DNA of 63,968 nucleotides, the filler included, from Lenisia limosa (lineage: Eukaryota > Protista > Breviatea), in the NCBI GenBank assembly GCA_001655205.1. It is 13 parts of 13 records of this genome, joined end to end, with 100 filler letters (N's around TTAATTAATTAA, not from the genome) between each part and the next. Parts side by side here need not be neighbours in the genome. Positions count along the whole stretch, not along the records: positions 1 to 26,122 come from LPNZ01006518.1; 12 more parts are not named here. One strand, 5' to 3'. The stretch's first letter is position 1; every line of letters begins with the position of its first letter. Below are positions 1 through 11,900 of this stretch, piece by piece. The position numbers and the translations under genes were made by a program. Under the pieces are notes generated by a model, which was not told where the DNA came from, searched no databases, and worked only from the letters and a program-made list of their open reading frames with translations.

Positions 1-941
1 CGTGTAGTGACAATGCTTCCCCTCAGGAATTGGAGCAATTCTGAGGAAACCCTCATTTTCAAGCCCACAAATTATCATCATTAGAGCAGTACACCATCAC
101 TCTATCCCACCCACGTTTCTGTTCACCTCCATGAGTTTGGCTACGTCAACCTTCATGGCCTCAATTTGACCTGAGATCTGGAGAACAGTAAAACAGACAG
201 AAGAAGGAATAGCATGTTCAACAGGATTATATCAATTGGAGATATCATCAGGATGACATTAGATTGAACCCCACCTCCCCCACACTACCACATTTGGATC
301 ATCCAATATCCCCCCTTCCTAATCAAAACGATCATCCACCTTCCTGTAATAATCTTATCATCATCCCCCGTCCTAAAAAGACATCGCCAGTCATAGTCAC
401 AATAAGATATCCATCCCTTGCCGCCGCCGCACCTTTTCAAAGTCATTTTGGACCTGCTGGGTTTTATCTTCAGCCAACGCCCGCGCCTCGCGTAATGCCA
501 TGATTTCAGCCACTCCTAGTATGATCACTCGGGATAATGTTGTAAGTCTCCATTCATAAAAACAATCGCGTCAAAAGAGATATAACAGTACCACTAACAA
601 AAGATAGTTACATAAGCCTACCATTTTCGCTATTTTCGCAGTTGGTTTGGATCTGCTTCTCAAGATTCATGATTTGAGACGTATCTTAAATATCAGTGCG
701 CGAAAATAACAAAGCGACATCCAAGTATGGTAGATTTCTAATGTATATTATTTCTCTTGTTAAAAAAATCCATATGTACAATAATATTATCCTGGTACTA
801 AAACACCATTAGTATAACTTAACTTCCATCCTAGGTTATCGAGAACTTGCCAGCTTACATTGGGTCTGAAGAAGGTCCTTGAACTCTTCAAGTTCACCGC
901 TATGTTCATTGGCTAACTCCTTAGGTGTCAGTGACGAAAGC

Positions 942-984
<43 letters not shown>

Positions 985-3900
985 CCACCACCAAAAAAAA
1001 CTAATTTCAAAGAGAAATTCTCAGAAATAAATTCCACCAGAATATTGCAAAATTCCTTCAAAATGGATCTCAAGAAAGAGTTCCACAAAAAAATTACCTC
1101 AAGCCTGGTCTCATAATGCTTCTTTTGGTCGGCAATTTCCCTTTCAACTTCGAGATTCATTTCCTCACGAATCTAAGGAATAAACCCAAAACAAAAACCA
1201 AAGTATCTCAGGAAACAACAACAACAAAAAAAAAAGATCAATACTATTCCCGCTCACATCCAGTTCCGTGCTCTCAGCTTCGGCCTGAAGGTCAACAACC
1301 TGGGTTTCCAGCTCACTAACCAGCGACTACGTTGGTCAGTGCGGGTAAACAGAGGGGGAAATATTGAAACATATTTTATCAAAAAAAAAGAAAAAAAAAG
1401 AGGGGGTCTCAGTAGAATGAATAAAAACGTGGGGTAACCCACCCTGAGTCTGTTGATTTCCACCAATGATTGATCCGCAGATTTGAAGAGATCCTCATTT
1501 GCCTGCTCAAGCTCAACCTGCAGATTCTATAGAGTCAAAATGTGTTTAAAACACGATTCGGCTTGCTTAAATAACACAAAAGCTTCTCCCTCCCACCTTC
1601 AATTCCAGGTTTTCATTCTGAAGTTCCTTTACACTTTCAATAGCCGTATCCAATGTAGTGGAATCGAACGTCGAAGAACCAAGTGAGTCTAAATCGCTGT
1701 TCTACGAATAGTTAGTTTATTTTCTGAGCATGTTTAGTAAATCTAGCAACAGTGTATCCCTTTTTTTTGAACAGGCTAAACAGGATACATTAAAAGAGCA
1801 ATAGAAAAATAATATCCCTTGATTTGTTTTAAGGTCTTTCTCAAAAAAACCTTGCCCCCCCCCCCCACTGCAGCCTTGAGTTGGGTTTTTAGGTTGAGAA
1901 TCTCGGACTGAAGCCTGGCATTTTCGGCCCTAAAGTGTCAAAAGCCGCCCCTTGCCTGAGTGGATCAAATGGAAAGACGAAGTGAAGTGTTTGTGACTAA
2001 GATCAAAATCAGATTCAAATCATATATTTTCATTTCATTTCTTGTCTTCATGAATAGAAAATGTCCCCTTCTCATAGTTTCTCACTTCCATCAATTGAAC
2101 CTGACCCAAAGCCATCAACATGATTTTGCTTCTCAACGATACGAAATACTGGGAGATGCTATAGGAAATATTGGGAGATTTAAGGAGAAATGCCACTCTT
2201 CCTCACAGGATTTCTTTAGCTGACAGGCTGACTGGCTTGCGGGATTGTTGAATTTGCTGCGAAGTAAACAAGGGCGATTCATTCAAAATCCTTAATAAAA
2301 TACAGAGCGCTTGTAAATTGCACAATAGTAATATCTATAGAGTCTCAGTTCTGAAATAACAGACAAACCAATGGCTTTTCCAGATCAAAACGAAGATCCA
2401 TTAATAATATAAACCCCCAATTATCTCCATGGAAACAGAGAAAGAAATACGGACTTCGGAATTAAGATGATTGAAAGCTTATTTAAAGCTTATTTGACCC
2501 TTTGATCCAACAAACCGATGCTTTAGAACAGAAATCCAGGGTTCCTCGGGTGCCTGGTAGTTGAGGGTGAATTTTAGTAACAATTACTATCCTTAAAATG
2601 AGTAAACAAAAATTATGTGATTTTCACAAACTATGAGATTTTTTGTGAGCATTATCAATTCCGATCTCTATTCGGTCATGTTAAAAATCATATGGGGAAA
2701 ACTTTGAAGGAAATTATACAGTTACGTCCAAATGCCCCCAAATACTCCTCACTGACATTTCCATTGTCCCCCCCCAACCTGTTACGTCACAAAGAGCAGC
2801 ATTGACATTGGCAATCAGAGTAATACTACCTGTAAAACACGTTATTATTCTTGATGTCATTTACTAACAGAAGGCGATACATATTTCGAAATTCCACAGA
2901 GCAGCGAGACGGTACTATGGATAGAGGAGAGGCGCCAGAGGAGCGCGGCTCTCGGATATATGGTAATTATGCTTGATAATATCCATATATCTATCCATAT
3001 CTATCATGTATTATTTAGGCTTCACTTCGGTTTGAAAAACCGGTAAAATATCGGTAGGTTTCGACTAGTCTTTTTCCAACCGAAGTGAAGCCCTATGTAT
3101 TATAATATTGTTTTCAAAAAAACAAACCGTTGCCTTGGAAGTACGGAAGCATATACTGTGTCAGGCGACTTTCTCTAGCGGGAATCCGATCTAAAAGAAC
3201 AGTAAAACAAGAATCCGATCTAAAAGAACAGTAAAACAAGAGTATGAATACTTCAGCAGGGGGGAAGATGGCCATCTCAAAAACTGATATATAATTCCCT
3301 AACTGTCAAATATATGAAATAATATGTAAAAGAGTGACATAAAAATATCATCTATGCACATACTATAGCAATGTCCAGAAAGTGGTATTTTATTTGAACA
3401 ATTGGATACCGAAACCCACTTTTCTTTTTACTGTTCGCGTTTGCAGCCATTTCCCTGATGCATTGCCCTGGAAAATGAGAGATGGTCTGACAACAGAAGA
3501 AACAATGTGTAATAACTCGGCCTTCATAAAAATAATCTAAATATCAGAATATAAACAACAAACAACTTCAACAGTATGACAACCAACCCCTCACCCAAAG
3601 TCATAAGGGACTTATTGATTCCTCCAGCTTCGCGAGCACGGGTGTCTGGACGTAAATAGGAGACCAAACTGGTATATTATACCAAAGATCGATTGATGTC
3701 AGGATAAGTCTTGACCTTATTCCTTGGGAAATAATCATAGACCAAATCGGTCAAGACTTATCCCGGTCACTGTGCATACTGATTGCTTCATATCATATTC
3801 AGCCAAGCGGTCCCTTCTAAAGACCTTTTTAGTCTCGTCACTATTTATTTATACTCTTACATGCACCCCTACCCCCGGACTGTTATTATGTGCTCGCGTC

Positions 3901-6900
3901 TTCTCAAAACGTTCGCTTCCCGCAAGATCCATAATGCAGAGCTGTCCCTCACGTCCACTGCTTTCCTGGGGGGGGGGGCATAACGAAAGNNNNNNNNNNN
4001 NNNNNNNNNNNNNNNNNNNNNNNNNNNNNNNNNNNNNNNNNNNNNNNNNNNNAAATATCGATTATCGAGGATTTATGGAGAACTCTTTCTTTTTAGAAGA
4101 ACCGAAAGAAAGTGAAGATACAAGCACCAGAATACGTCATGTTTGCCTTCAGCGTCACAAGAGTATCGAGTGAGGTGCACAGTGAGAACCGCATGCGAAC
4201 GTGAGGACTTCTCATTGGCTGCTGTTGCATGGCTCTGGGGGGGGGGGTTAATACTATGTCATATATTTAAAAATGGAGAAACAAAACCCTGAACTAAAAA
4301 AGAAATTGTCAGTGAGGGTAGAAAGGGTGAATAGAATCGCTCAGATCATCAAGTTAAAAAACAATTCAGCGATTCAATTGGATAGATCAGCATCATTATC
4401 TTGATACAGAAGTACTTAAAACAAAAGTGACCCAAAAACTAGTAGCCCTATTTGGTCGTTTTAACATGAATGAATATATATGGGAAAATACGAAGCCACA
4501 ACTAGACTGTGAACGAATGTAATAGATTTAAACAGCGGAATCCTGGGGTACTGACCTGGCGTTGTGAGCCACAGTAAGTCAAGAACTCAGCAGCTTCTTC
4601 CAAATTGTTGATATGCACCCTTCGGAGTCCTTTTGCGTAAATTATATCATATATTAATACCTGAGTCTTGGCTACAGGAGATCCATCAAAGAAGAGAAAA
4701 TAATGGAAAGAGAAAAGTAAAATAATTTATTAACAAAAGTAGTATTTTTGGCCAATGGATTCAGAAATACATACCTCTGAGAGTATAGAGACTTTCCTTG
4801 GTCCTTTCAAGCTTCAAACTCTCTCTTGCCTCATCAAGCTAAGAGGTCAACGAAGAATACTGTTTGTTATGCGTCATGCAGACAATAGTGAACACTGCTT
4901 CTCTTGCCATTTATACATTGTTGTTTTACAAAAATGTTTCATATCATACTATGTTGCAACCAAGATTAAGAACATTGACGACTTACTTTAACCCCACTAT
5001 AAAAACTGCAATTCCATGACCCCCCCCCCCAATAGCAGTCAATATGTTGATCATTCCCTATCAAAAGCCTCTAGACACCCACTGCTGTGGCCACCATGAG
5101 GTCGAAGCAGTACTCGTTGTAGATTTCAAAGTAGGACAGCTCAATTTTGTACTTAGTGTAAGAAGGCAAGTCAGTAACTGGAGGGAAGAGGGTAAGATGA
5201 CAGTTTCGTCAGATGAGAGTGTTTTCATTGTTTTCGGAACAACTAATAGTGACCAGGATAAGTCTTGACGGATTTATTAAGTATTTGGGAAAGGAAGTTA
5301 AGCCCCAAAATAATATCAGTAATGACAAAAAACAAAGCATCTCACACACAACCCCCTCCCCCAACTTGGCGTTGTAGGGCTCTGGTAAATAGTGCGATAG
5401 AGAACACGAGCCTCTTCTCCCAACTCAGCCATGACCTAAGCTTATAAAACAGAAAATAGGCTTATTTGGTGGAGCTAGAGCTTTTGATTCCCTCCCGTCA
5501 CTACTCAAGCCACAAACAAAAACAGACAAGACCAGGCTTCTTCACTAGAATTCCATTACCCATAAATCGTGCTATTCTGCGGTAAACCATCGATCACTTT
5601 CCCGTAGAACCTCCAAAACAAACACAAAACACCAAGAACGCTACCAGAAGCTCACTCGTTGTCTGCTTCGTTTGTCCATATCAGGCGCAATGGGCATGTC
5701 GGGAATGGGGCCTATTCAGTAAGAGAACGTAATAAAATGGGGATATCTTTCAAAAAGAGAGGGTTTAGAGAAAGTCAGAGAAAATATCATAATAATANNN
5801 NNNNNNNNNNNNNNNNNNNNNNNNNNNNNNNNNNNNNNNNNNNNNNNNNNNNNNNNNNNNNNNNNNNNNNNNNNNNNNNNNNNNNNNNNNNNNNNNNNNN
5901 NNNNNNNNNNNNNNNNNNNNNNNNNNNNNNNNNNNNNNNNNNNNNNNNNNNNNNNNNNNNNNNNNNNNNATGTATGTATACTTTGATAGTAGTCATAGGG
6001 TATCTGACCATAGGAACGCCCTAATAACAAGTCCACCAACCAGGACGTTTAACGATCTTCCCCTCAAGGCTCGCAAACACGGTCCTAATTTGGTCAGAGG
6101 TGATATGCCATAACAATGTACATATATAATAAACAAATCTTGAACACTGTTTACGCTTTTGAGCAGGAGAAAACTCTTTGATAGTATCTTACAATGCTTC
6201 AAAAGCAAACACTATTATCTCACACTCGTTGTGCTTACCATAATAATAATCCATGATTGATTACAAAACCAAAAGCCAAATATATACACAGATTTCAAAA
6301 CTCAAGCTCAATTCCTTGTCCACCAACCTCAATGAGCGAGGTGTAATACCAGGGTTAGAGTTGGGCCCCATAATTGTAAACGTTTTACCAGCGTTCGTAC
6401 AGCCATAGCTGAAAAGTGACTGATGAAGACAGTTCCGGGATTGGATTCTAAAAATCAAAGAGTCCCATTATCAATGTCAATAATGGACAAACAACACAAT
6501 TTCTCCGCTCGATACCCCCCCTTACGCCATAAAACACGCATTTTCTCCGTGAAGTACCTAGATTGTGAAAAAATATATACTTGTACATTGCTACGATGGA
6601 TGGAATAAACCTCTAGAATATGCTGAGGAGCGGTCTCTTTTCTACACCATTTTCATTAACGGTTGCAGATTGTGTCCCATGTATACATGTCTGTTTTTTT
6701 AGCTTTACTCTTTATTCGCTAGATTCCCCCATTCACCTTGGAGATGAGTGGCTCCATTGTGTCGTTGAAAATCATTGGCTGGGGTGCGGAGGGGGGGAAC
6801 ACACTGGTAAATAAGCAGTTAAAGAAGACTTATTGAATGTTTAGTATTACAAAAATTCGAAAAATACTGGATTTAAGAGATATTGTGTCCACCCATCTTA

Positions 6901-8537
6901 CTGTGTTAGGGCAAACTGTTTGTCTTTTCCGTTATACGTTAATGTGACTGTATCGTCTAAGGGGTCAGTGCAAAGTCTCGCACAATTGAAAGCAAAGCTC
7001 TTGTGACGTGACATGCTAGTCGCCTACCAGTGTACTGGAGGCAGGGTTTGGACTTCTTCTCCTCTGCTCCGATCGAGGGTCTCACCCTCACAAACACCTA
7101 GACTGTTACAATTAGGGCTTCCTTACGGTACGAAAAAGACCGATATTTATCGAGAATTTATCGAGAAATTCAGGCTTTGTTGGGATCGTAGGGAAGCCCT
7201 AGTTACAAACAATGGCTACACAGAATATAAAACTGTTAGGTGGAAACCCTCAGCAATGAGTCAGATATATTGCGAAATCTGCAGTTCCATAACAAAAAAA
7301 AAAAAAAAAAACGATTTTGGCTACATATTNNNNNNNNNNNNNNNNNNNNNNNNNNNNNNNNNNNNNNNNNNNNNNNNNNNNNNNNNNNNNNNNNNNNNNC
7401 CACCAGAGGTGGACCCTCCAGTGGTTTGCGGCCGGACTGGCAGGGTGGCGGGAGGGGCCATTGGGAGCTAATAGATTAGGGTAGGGTATCTAGAGGCCTT
7501 TATTTATGAAGTTGGGGGTTTCAAGATGTGGGAAGGGGAATAGGAACAGGTATACAGCGGGAACTCCTCTGATTTACAATCCATTTAGTGCTTCTTTTAT
7601 TTTAAAAATTTAAATAGTCAAAGTTGACCCTCTACTTACAGGTTGCGCAGTGGCAGGCCGGGTTTCAATAAAGGTCTCTGAAAACCGTTAAAAACAAAAC
7701 AACCCAATGAGAGTAACATCTTTTTCTCGTCATCAAAAGGCTGCTGGTCTACAAAAACCCCAAAAATAGAAAAAAATACAGCCTAAATGGCAGCCGTAAA
7801 GGCAAATTCACAAGCGCACCCTTTCTTTCGCTTGGTTGATTGTAAAAGAACGCTCAAGTATAAGGTTTAACAAAATATACTGCCCTGTCCCCTGTAGACA
7901 CCCACTAACCAGTTGAATCATAATGGTTTGGGGACTGAAAGAGATTCTTTTTAACAGCCTGGAAGTCTTCAATAGGCTAAACAGGTGAGATGTGGAACTT
8001 CGCTCAGCTGGAAGAAAAGATCATCACAAACCGTTTCTTCGTCTGATGCCTGGAGAGGGGTCTCAAGGGGTGGCTGCGGGTATACATTGCAATTGTTGCT
8101 AAATGTTGGTGGAGGAGGCACTAAGAGGGTCAGAGGGGACATAGATGAAGAATATTCAACTGACCATCGTCCTCCTCGAAGAAATCCATGTTTCTGTGAT
8201 TAACGAAGTGAATTACAACGTTTTAAAATCGTTTCGCTGCTCTAATATCAGTGAATGAAGCTGAAAGAAAAGACGATAAGCGGGAATCAACTAATTATCT
8301 ACTATAGCCCATATCAACAAATCTAAAATAAAAACTATACCTACCAAATCGCCTTTGTTGTTCGAAAAGTCCAAACTGAGTCCAAAAAGAAGACAAAAAT
8401 TCAGTTTTATAGTTTTCTAATTTCGTAAACCTTTGACTATCTGATCTGAAGACTCTTCTTTGGACTTTTCTTGGTGAATCAATTAGATACAGAACCATAA
8501 ATATAAAATTTCTTCTCAAAATCCAACTACCGGCCAT
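1..8537 (-). CDS. Kinesin motor protein, kinesin-6 (KIF20/KIF23/MKLP)-like; multi-exon; 3' end runs off the window; start exon uncertain
   Basis: Hand-spliced exons give the ordered motor motifs VFVRVRP (7028-7097), VFPPSAPQPMIF, VLHGENACFMAYGCTNAGKTFTIMG..PGITPRSL (P-loop exon 6328-6408), SYFEIYNEYCFDL, NEKSSRSH (4136-4234), DLAGSER (ends 3965), REAGGINKSLMTLG, RESRLTQ and GSITLIANVN. A coiled-coil tail follows (IREEMNLEVEREIADQKKHYETRLE). The GxTNxGKT P-loop, long insert before the EIYNE strand and the IREE tail are kinesin-6-like. Confidence 0.92.
941..993 (+). repeat. (CAA)n microsatellite, intronic
   Basis: About 14 CAA units followed by CCA units; explains the poly-T/poly-V ORFs 925-1116 and 921-1160. 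Confidence 0.95.
3016..3095. mobile_element. MITE family A copy (CACTTC subtype)
   Basis: TA-GGCTTCACTTCGGTT...AACCGAAGTGAAGCCC-TA terminal inverted repeats; in a kinesin intron. Confidence 0.85.
3697..3776. mobile_element. MITE family B copy (Tc1-like CAGTG termini)
   Basis: GGATAAGTCTTGACC...GGTCAAGACTTATCCCGGTCACTG inverted repeat; same family as 25918, 38498, 42227, 44680, 57117. Confidence 0.8.
7113..7201. mobile_element. MITE family A copy (CCCTAC subtype)
   Basis: TA-GGGCTTCCTTACGGT...ATCGTAGGGAAGCCC-TA, directly upstream of the VFVRVRP exon acceptor region. Confidence 0.9.
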
Positions 8538-8931
8538 TCCCCTAGCGTTTATAACGGTTGAACAACCTTCCTTATATGGAAGTATGGAAGGTTGTTGCTA
8601 CGTTGCTTTCACGGCAGGCATTCTTCGATTTTTTGTCTTTTCTGCTTGATTAAAATCATCTTCCTTTCCCAGTGTTACATATTCTTTCATTCTTTCCTCT
8701 TTTTTTATTTGGTGGTGGTCAGGCGTGACGGTGTTGCTCAAGTAGGACATTTCACATTCATACCCTGCGAAGAGACCAAACTAAGAAGAAGAGGATGTCT
8801 GTTTTGAGACTCTCTGTGAGGGGATAAGCTACTTTAAATTGTAGGGTAGCTAATGCACCCACATGAAGGCGAGGTGTAACCTTTACTGCTATACTACTCT
8901 GTGATGCAACGCCAACAAACCTGCTTTGTTT

Positions 8932-11900
8932 ATGGAATCTTCAGTTTGGTTTTATTTTTCAACTCTTCTTCTAACAACTATATTCATTTTATCCACCAAG
9001 TCCTCAACACCCTCAATATCCCTCCAGATACATCACCACTCACCACCGCAGGCATCCGAGGCGCTAGACTATACAGTTGTCGATTGGTCATCCTTCAGTG
9101 GAGAGTTTCACCCAGAGCAACTCACTCATTCGGACCCTGAAGATGAGTGGTCAAGGTAGGTTGTGCCAATACCGTGTTTTCCCTCAATTTTTTCAAATTT
9201 CATGAATATGAATATTTCCTAATTGGAGTGCGTGCCTAAATATAGTTAGTTGTTTTTGGGTTTATTTGACATCTTTTAACAAATAATCTTTCAAGTGACT
9301 TAATTATATATATCAGAGATATATTATATGATACTATATTATATAAAATAATATATATCGATATAATATTATCTGATATGTATATAGTATGATATATCTG
9401 AAATAAAAAGCAAAAAATCAAAATTTAGATGGACAACAGACGGCAATGGTCCGACTGAGTACGTTGTCCTCAAATTAGACATGCCTGCCGTGGTAGTTGG
9501 AGTCGAATTCGGCAAGTACATTCAAGGTAAATCATAGTAGCATCAGGGGTATGATCAGGGGGAATAAATATTTCATGTGACAATTACTGTTGTTTCACTT
9601 ATGTTACTGTGTTACCTTTTTTTAGAATTCATAATACGGTAATAATCATATTTTCATAAAAGTAACTGTATTAGAGCATGTGAGTAACACTAAACGCGTA
9701 CGTGTCTACTGTGGAATGTCACTTACAGCTCTGAAGCTTGTTTTCGATGGAGGTAATGTCACACCGGGCAATGCTTCCATTTTTTGTCCATTACAACAAG
9801 TATACAACCACCAGTACAAAGTAAATCCTTCTTGACATTGTTAGATCTAGCCAATGACAATGACGCTGAAGTATTCAACATCCGCTACCATCTCAATGTT
9901 CCCTCAACTCTGCCTCCACCTGCCATTTGGTATTTTTACATGTACAATAGTAAACATAAAACACAATTGTCAAAACATCTATCTTGCAAAATATCTTATC
10001 ATTACAGCAAGTCAAATATCATCTTTCCGTGTCTCTATATTAAAATCTGTCCAATGTCAGCGTATAATACCGGATCTAACTTCTCTCTTTGGTGAGTGAA
10101 TGAAATAATTCTTCGTTTAGTTCACTGTGAACTTTACGAATATTGTGACAGTTTAGGTCATTTGCCATTTTTGGGTTTTCAAATGCAGATTTCGTTGGTG
10201 CAATTACTCAAAATTATGTTAAGGTTTGTATAACTGTTCTATTATTATTGTTTAAACCTATTAGTAAAAAACAAATAATTTTTTAGACCGTGGAAATTGC
10301 AACACTGGAGGATATATCCCGTCATTTCAGAGATCGAAATCTCAACGAGGCGTGTGACCTGATATCACGCTATTCTACTATCAAGTTGGTCATTCTACCA
10401 GCTTGTTTCTGTTCCAAAAAGTGGTCAAAAATTAGAGTCTCTAGATCTAGGATGATAAATGTTTCTCAACCAATTCTTATAATAAATTAACACTCTAGTC
10501 CAAATGTAACTTTATTGGACAAGCTCCACAGGGCATTGGTAAGTTACCATTATTGAGACTCCTTCAACTAAAATCTTGTAATTATATCCGAATATTTATT
10601 TCTCAAGCAAAATATTATAACGTTCTCCAGATACCTTGTTATTCCCATCTCTAATGTATAATTATCACGCCCATTGTTTTTGACATTGTATTGGAATTTT
10701 GACTTTTAAGAGTAATCAAATACAGGTTGAAAACTTGGACTATGAAGAGTGTGCTTCAATTATCAAGAAATTAGAAGAAGAGCATTTCTTCCTGAATTAT
10801 CAACAAGTTCAACCACTCACAGCGGTGTATGAAAAAGCTGGTATGTAGATAAGTTGATTTGATATTTGTTTATCTTGGTACATTACTATGACTTTTTTTA
10901 GTGGGAATGAAAAGCAACTATTAAATCTAATGAAATACTCTGTGCATATCACATAGTATTGATACTTGACACAAGTATCTGTGTATTTTTCTATAATATT
11001 CCCTTGGGCTTCTGTTGGAATGACATGTTTAGATTCTAGCTCAGAACCAAGTCCCAGATCTGGTCATGCGTCATGTTTTGACCAAATAGTAAGCAACTTG
11101 ATCTAATGATGATGATGATGCAAACGTAACAAGGAACAAATTATAAAGACACTTTTCGCATATTTGATCATGAACAGCCTCTTTGGTACATATTGTGATA
11201 CATTAGAACAACAGGCTCTATATTCAAGGCGGTTGGTCTGGTTCAGGGAATTTAAGCGACTTCTGGATGTTTGATGCGACTCTCTCCAAATGGAGTTGTA
11301 TCAGTAGAGATATTCTGTAAGCATTACAAGGCCTTTTATTATTTTTGCATACATGTCTCAATGCTGAGTATTCCAATCATTAGGCCACAGTATAAATTGC
11401 TTTCCGATACACTTCCACTTAATGGATTTCATGTGTGCTTTTGGTTTAATCAATAGATGTGAACAAGGACCTGCACCTATCTCTTGTCACAGGGTAGGTT
11501 AAATGTTAAAGTGAAAAGTGAAATATATCATAATTTGTAATTGTGCCATGGGATACGACTGACTCTTGATGAAAGAGAAAGTTGCTCTCTGTGAAGATTT
11601 GCTTGATATTCTGTACAGTAGAATCTTTTGTGGTAATTTTTTGTCAATTCATTATAATGTAGATGGCTTTTGACCCTGACAACAAAGTTATCTATTTGTT
11701 TGGTAGACCTCCAAGCTCTAGTACTATGGTGAGATAAAATATTGTGTGTGTTTCATCAAATATTTCATAATACTGCATTTTGTCTAGAACAGACCTGATG
11801 ACGACACTGATTAATCAGGTTGAACAGGATTCATCCGTCCGTCTCACCACAACAATTGACAGAGGGTATGTACTGAGGATTTGTTAAATTATATATTCTA

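Noticed and set aside
1930-1955. 26-nt GC-AG micro-intron in the kinesin tail
   Set aside because: An ordinary GT donor (AAAATCAT|gttgat) joins in frame to AENARLQ without it.
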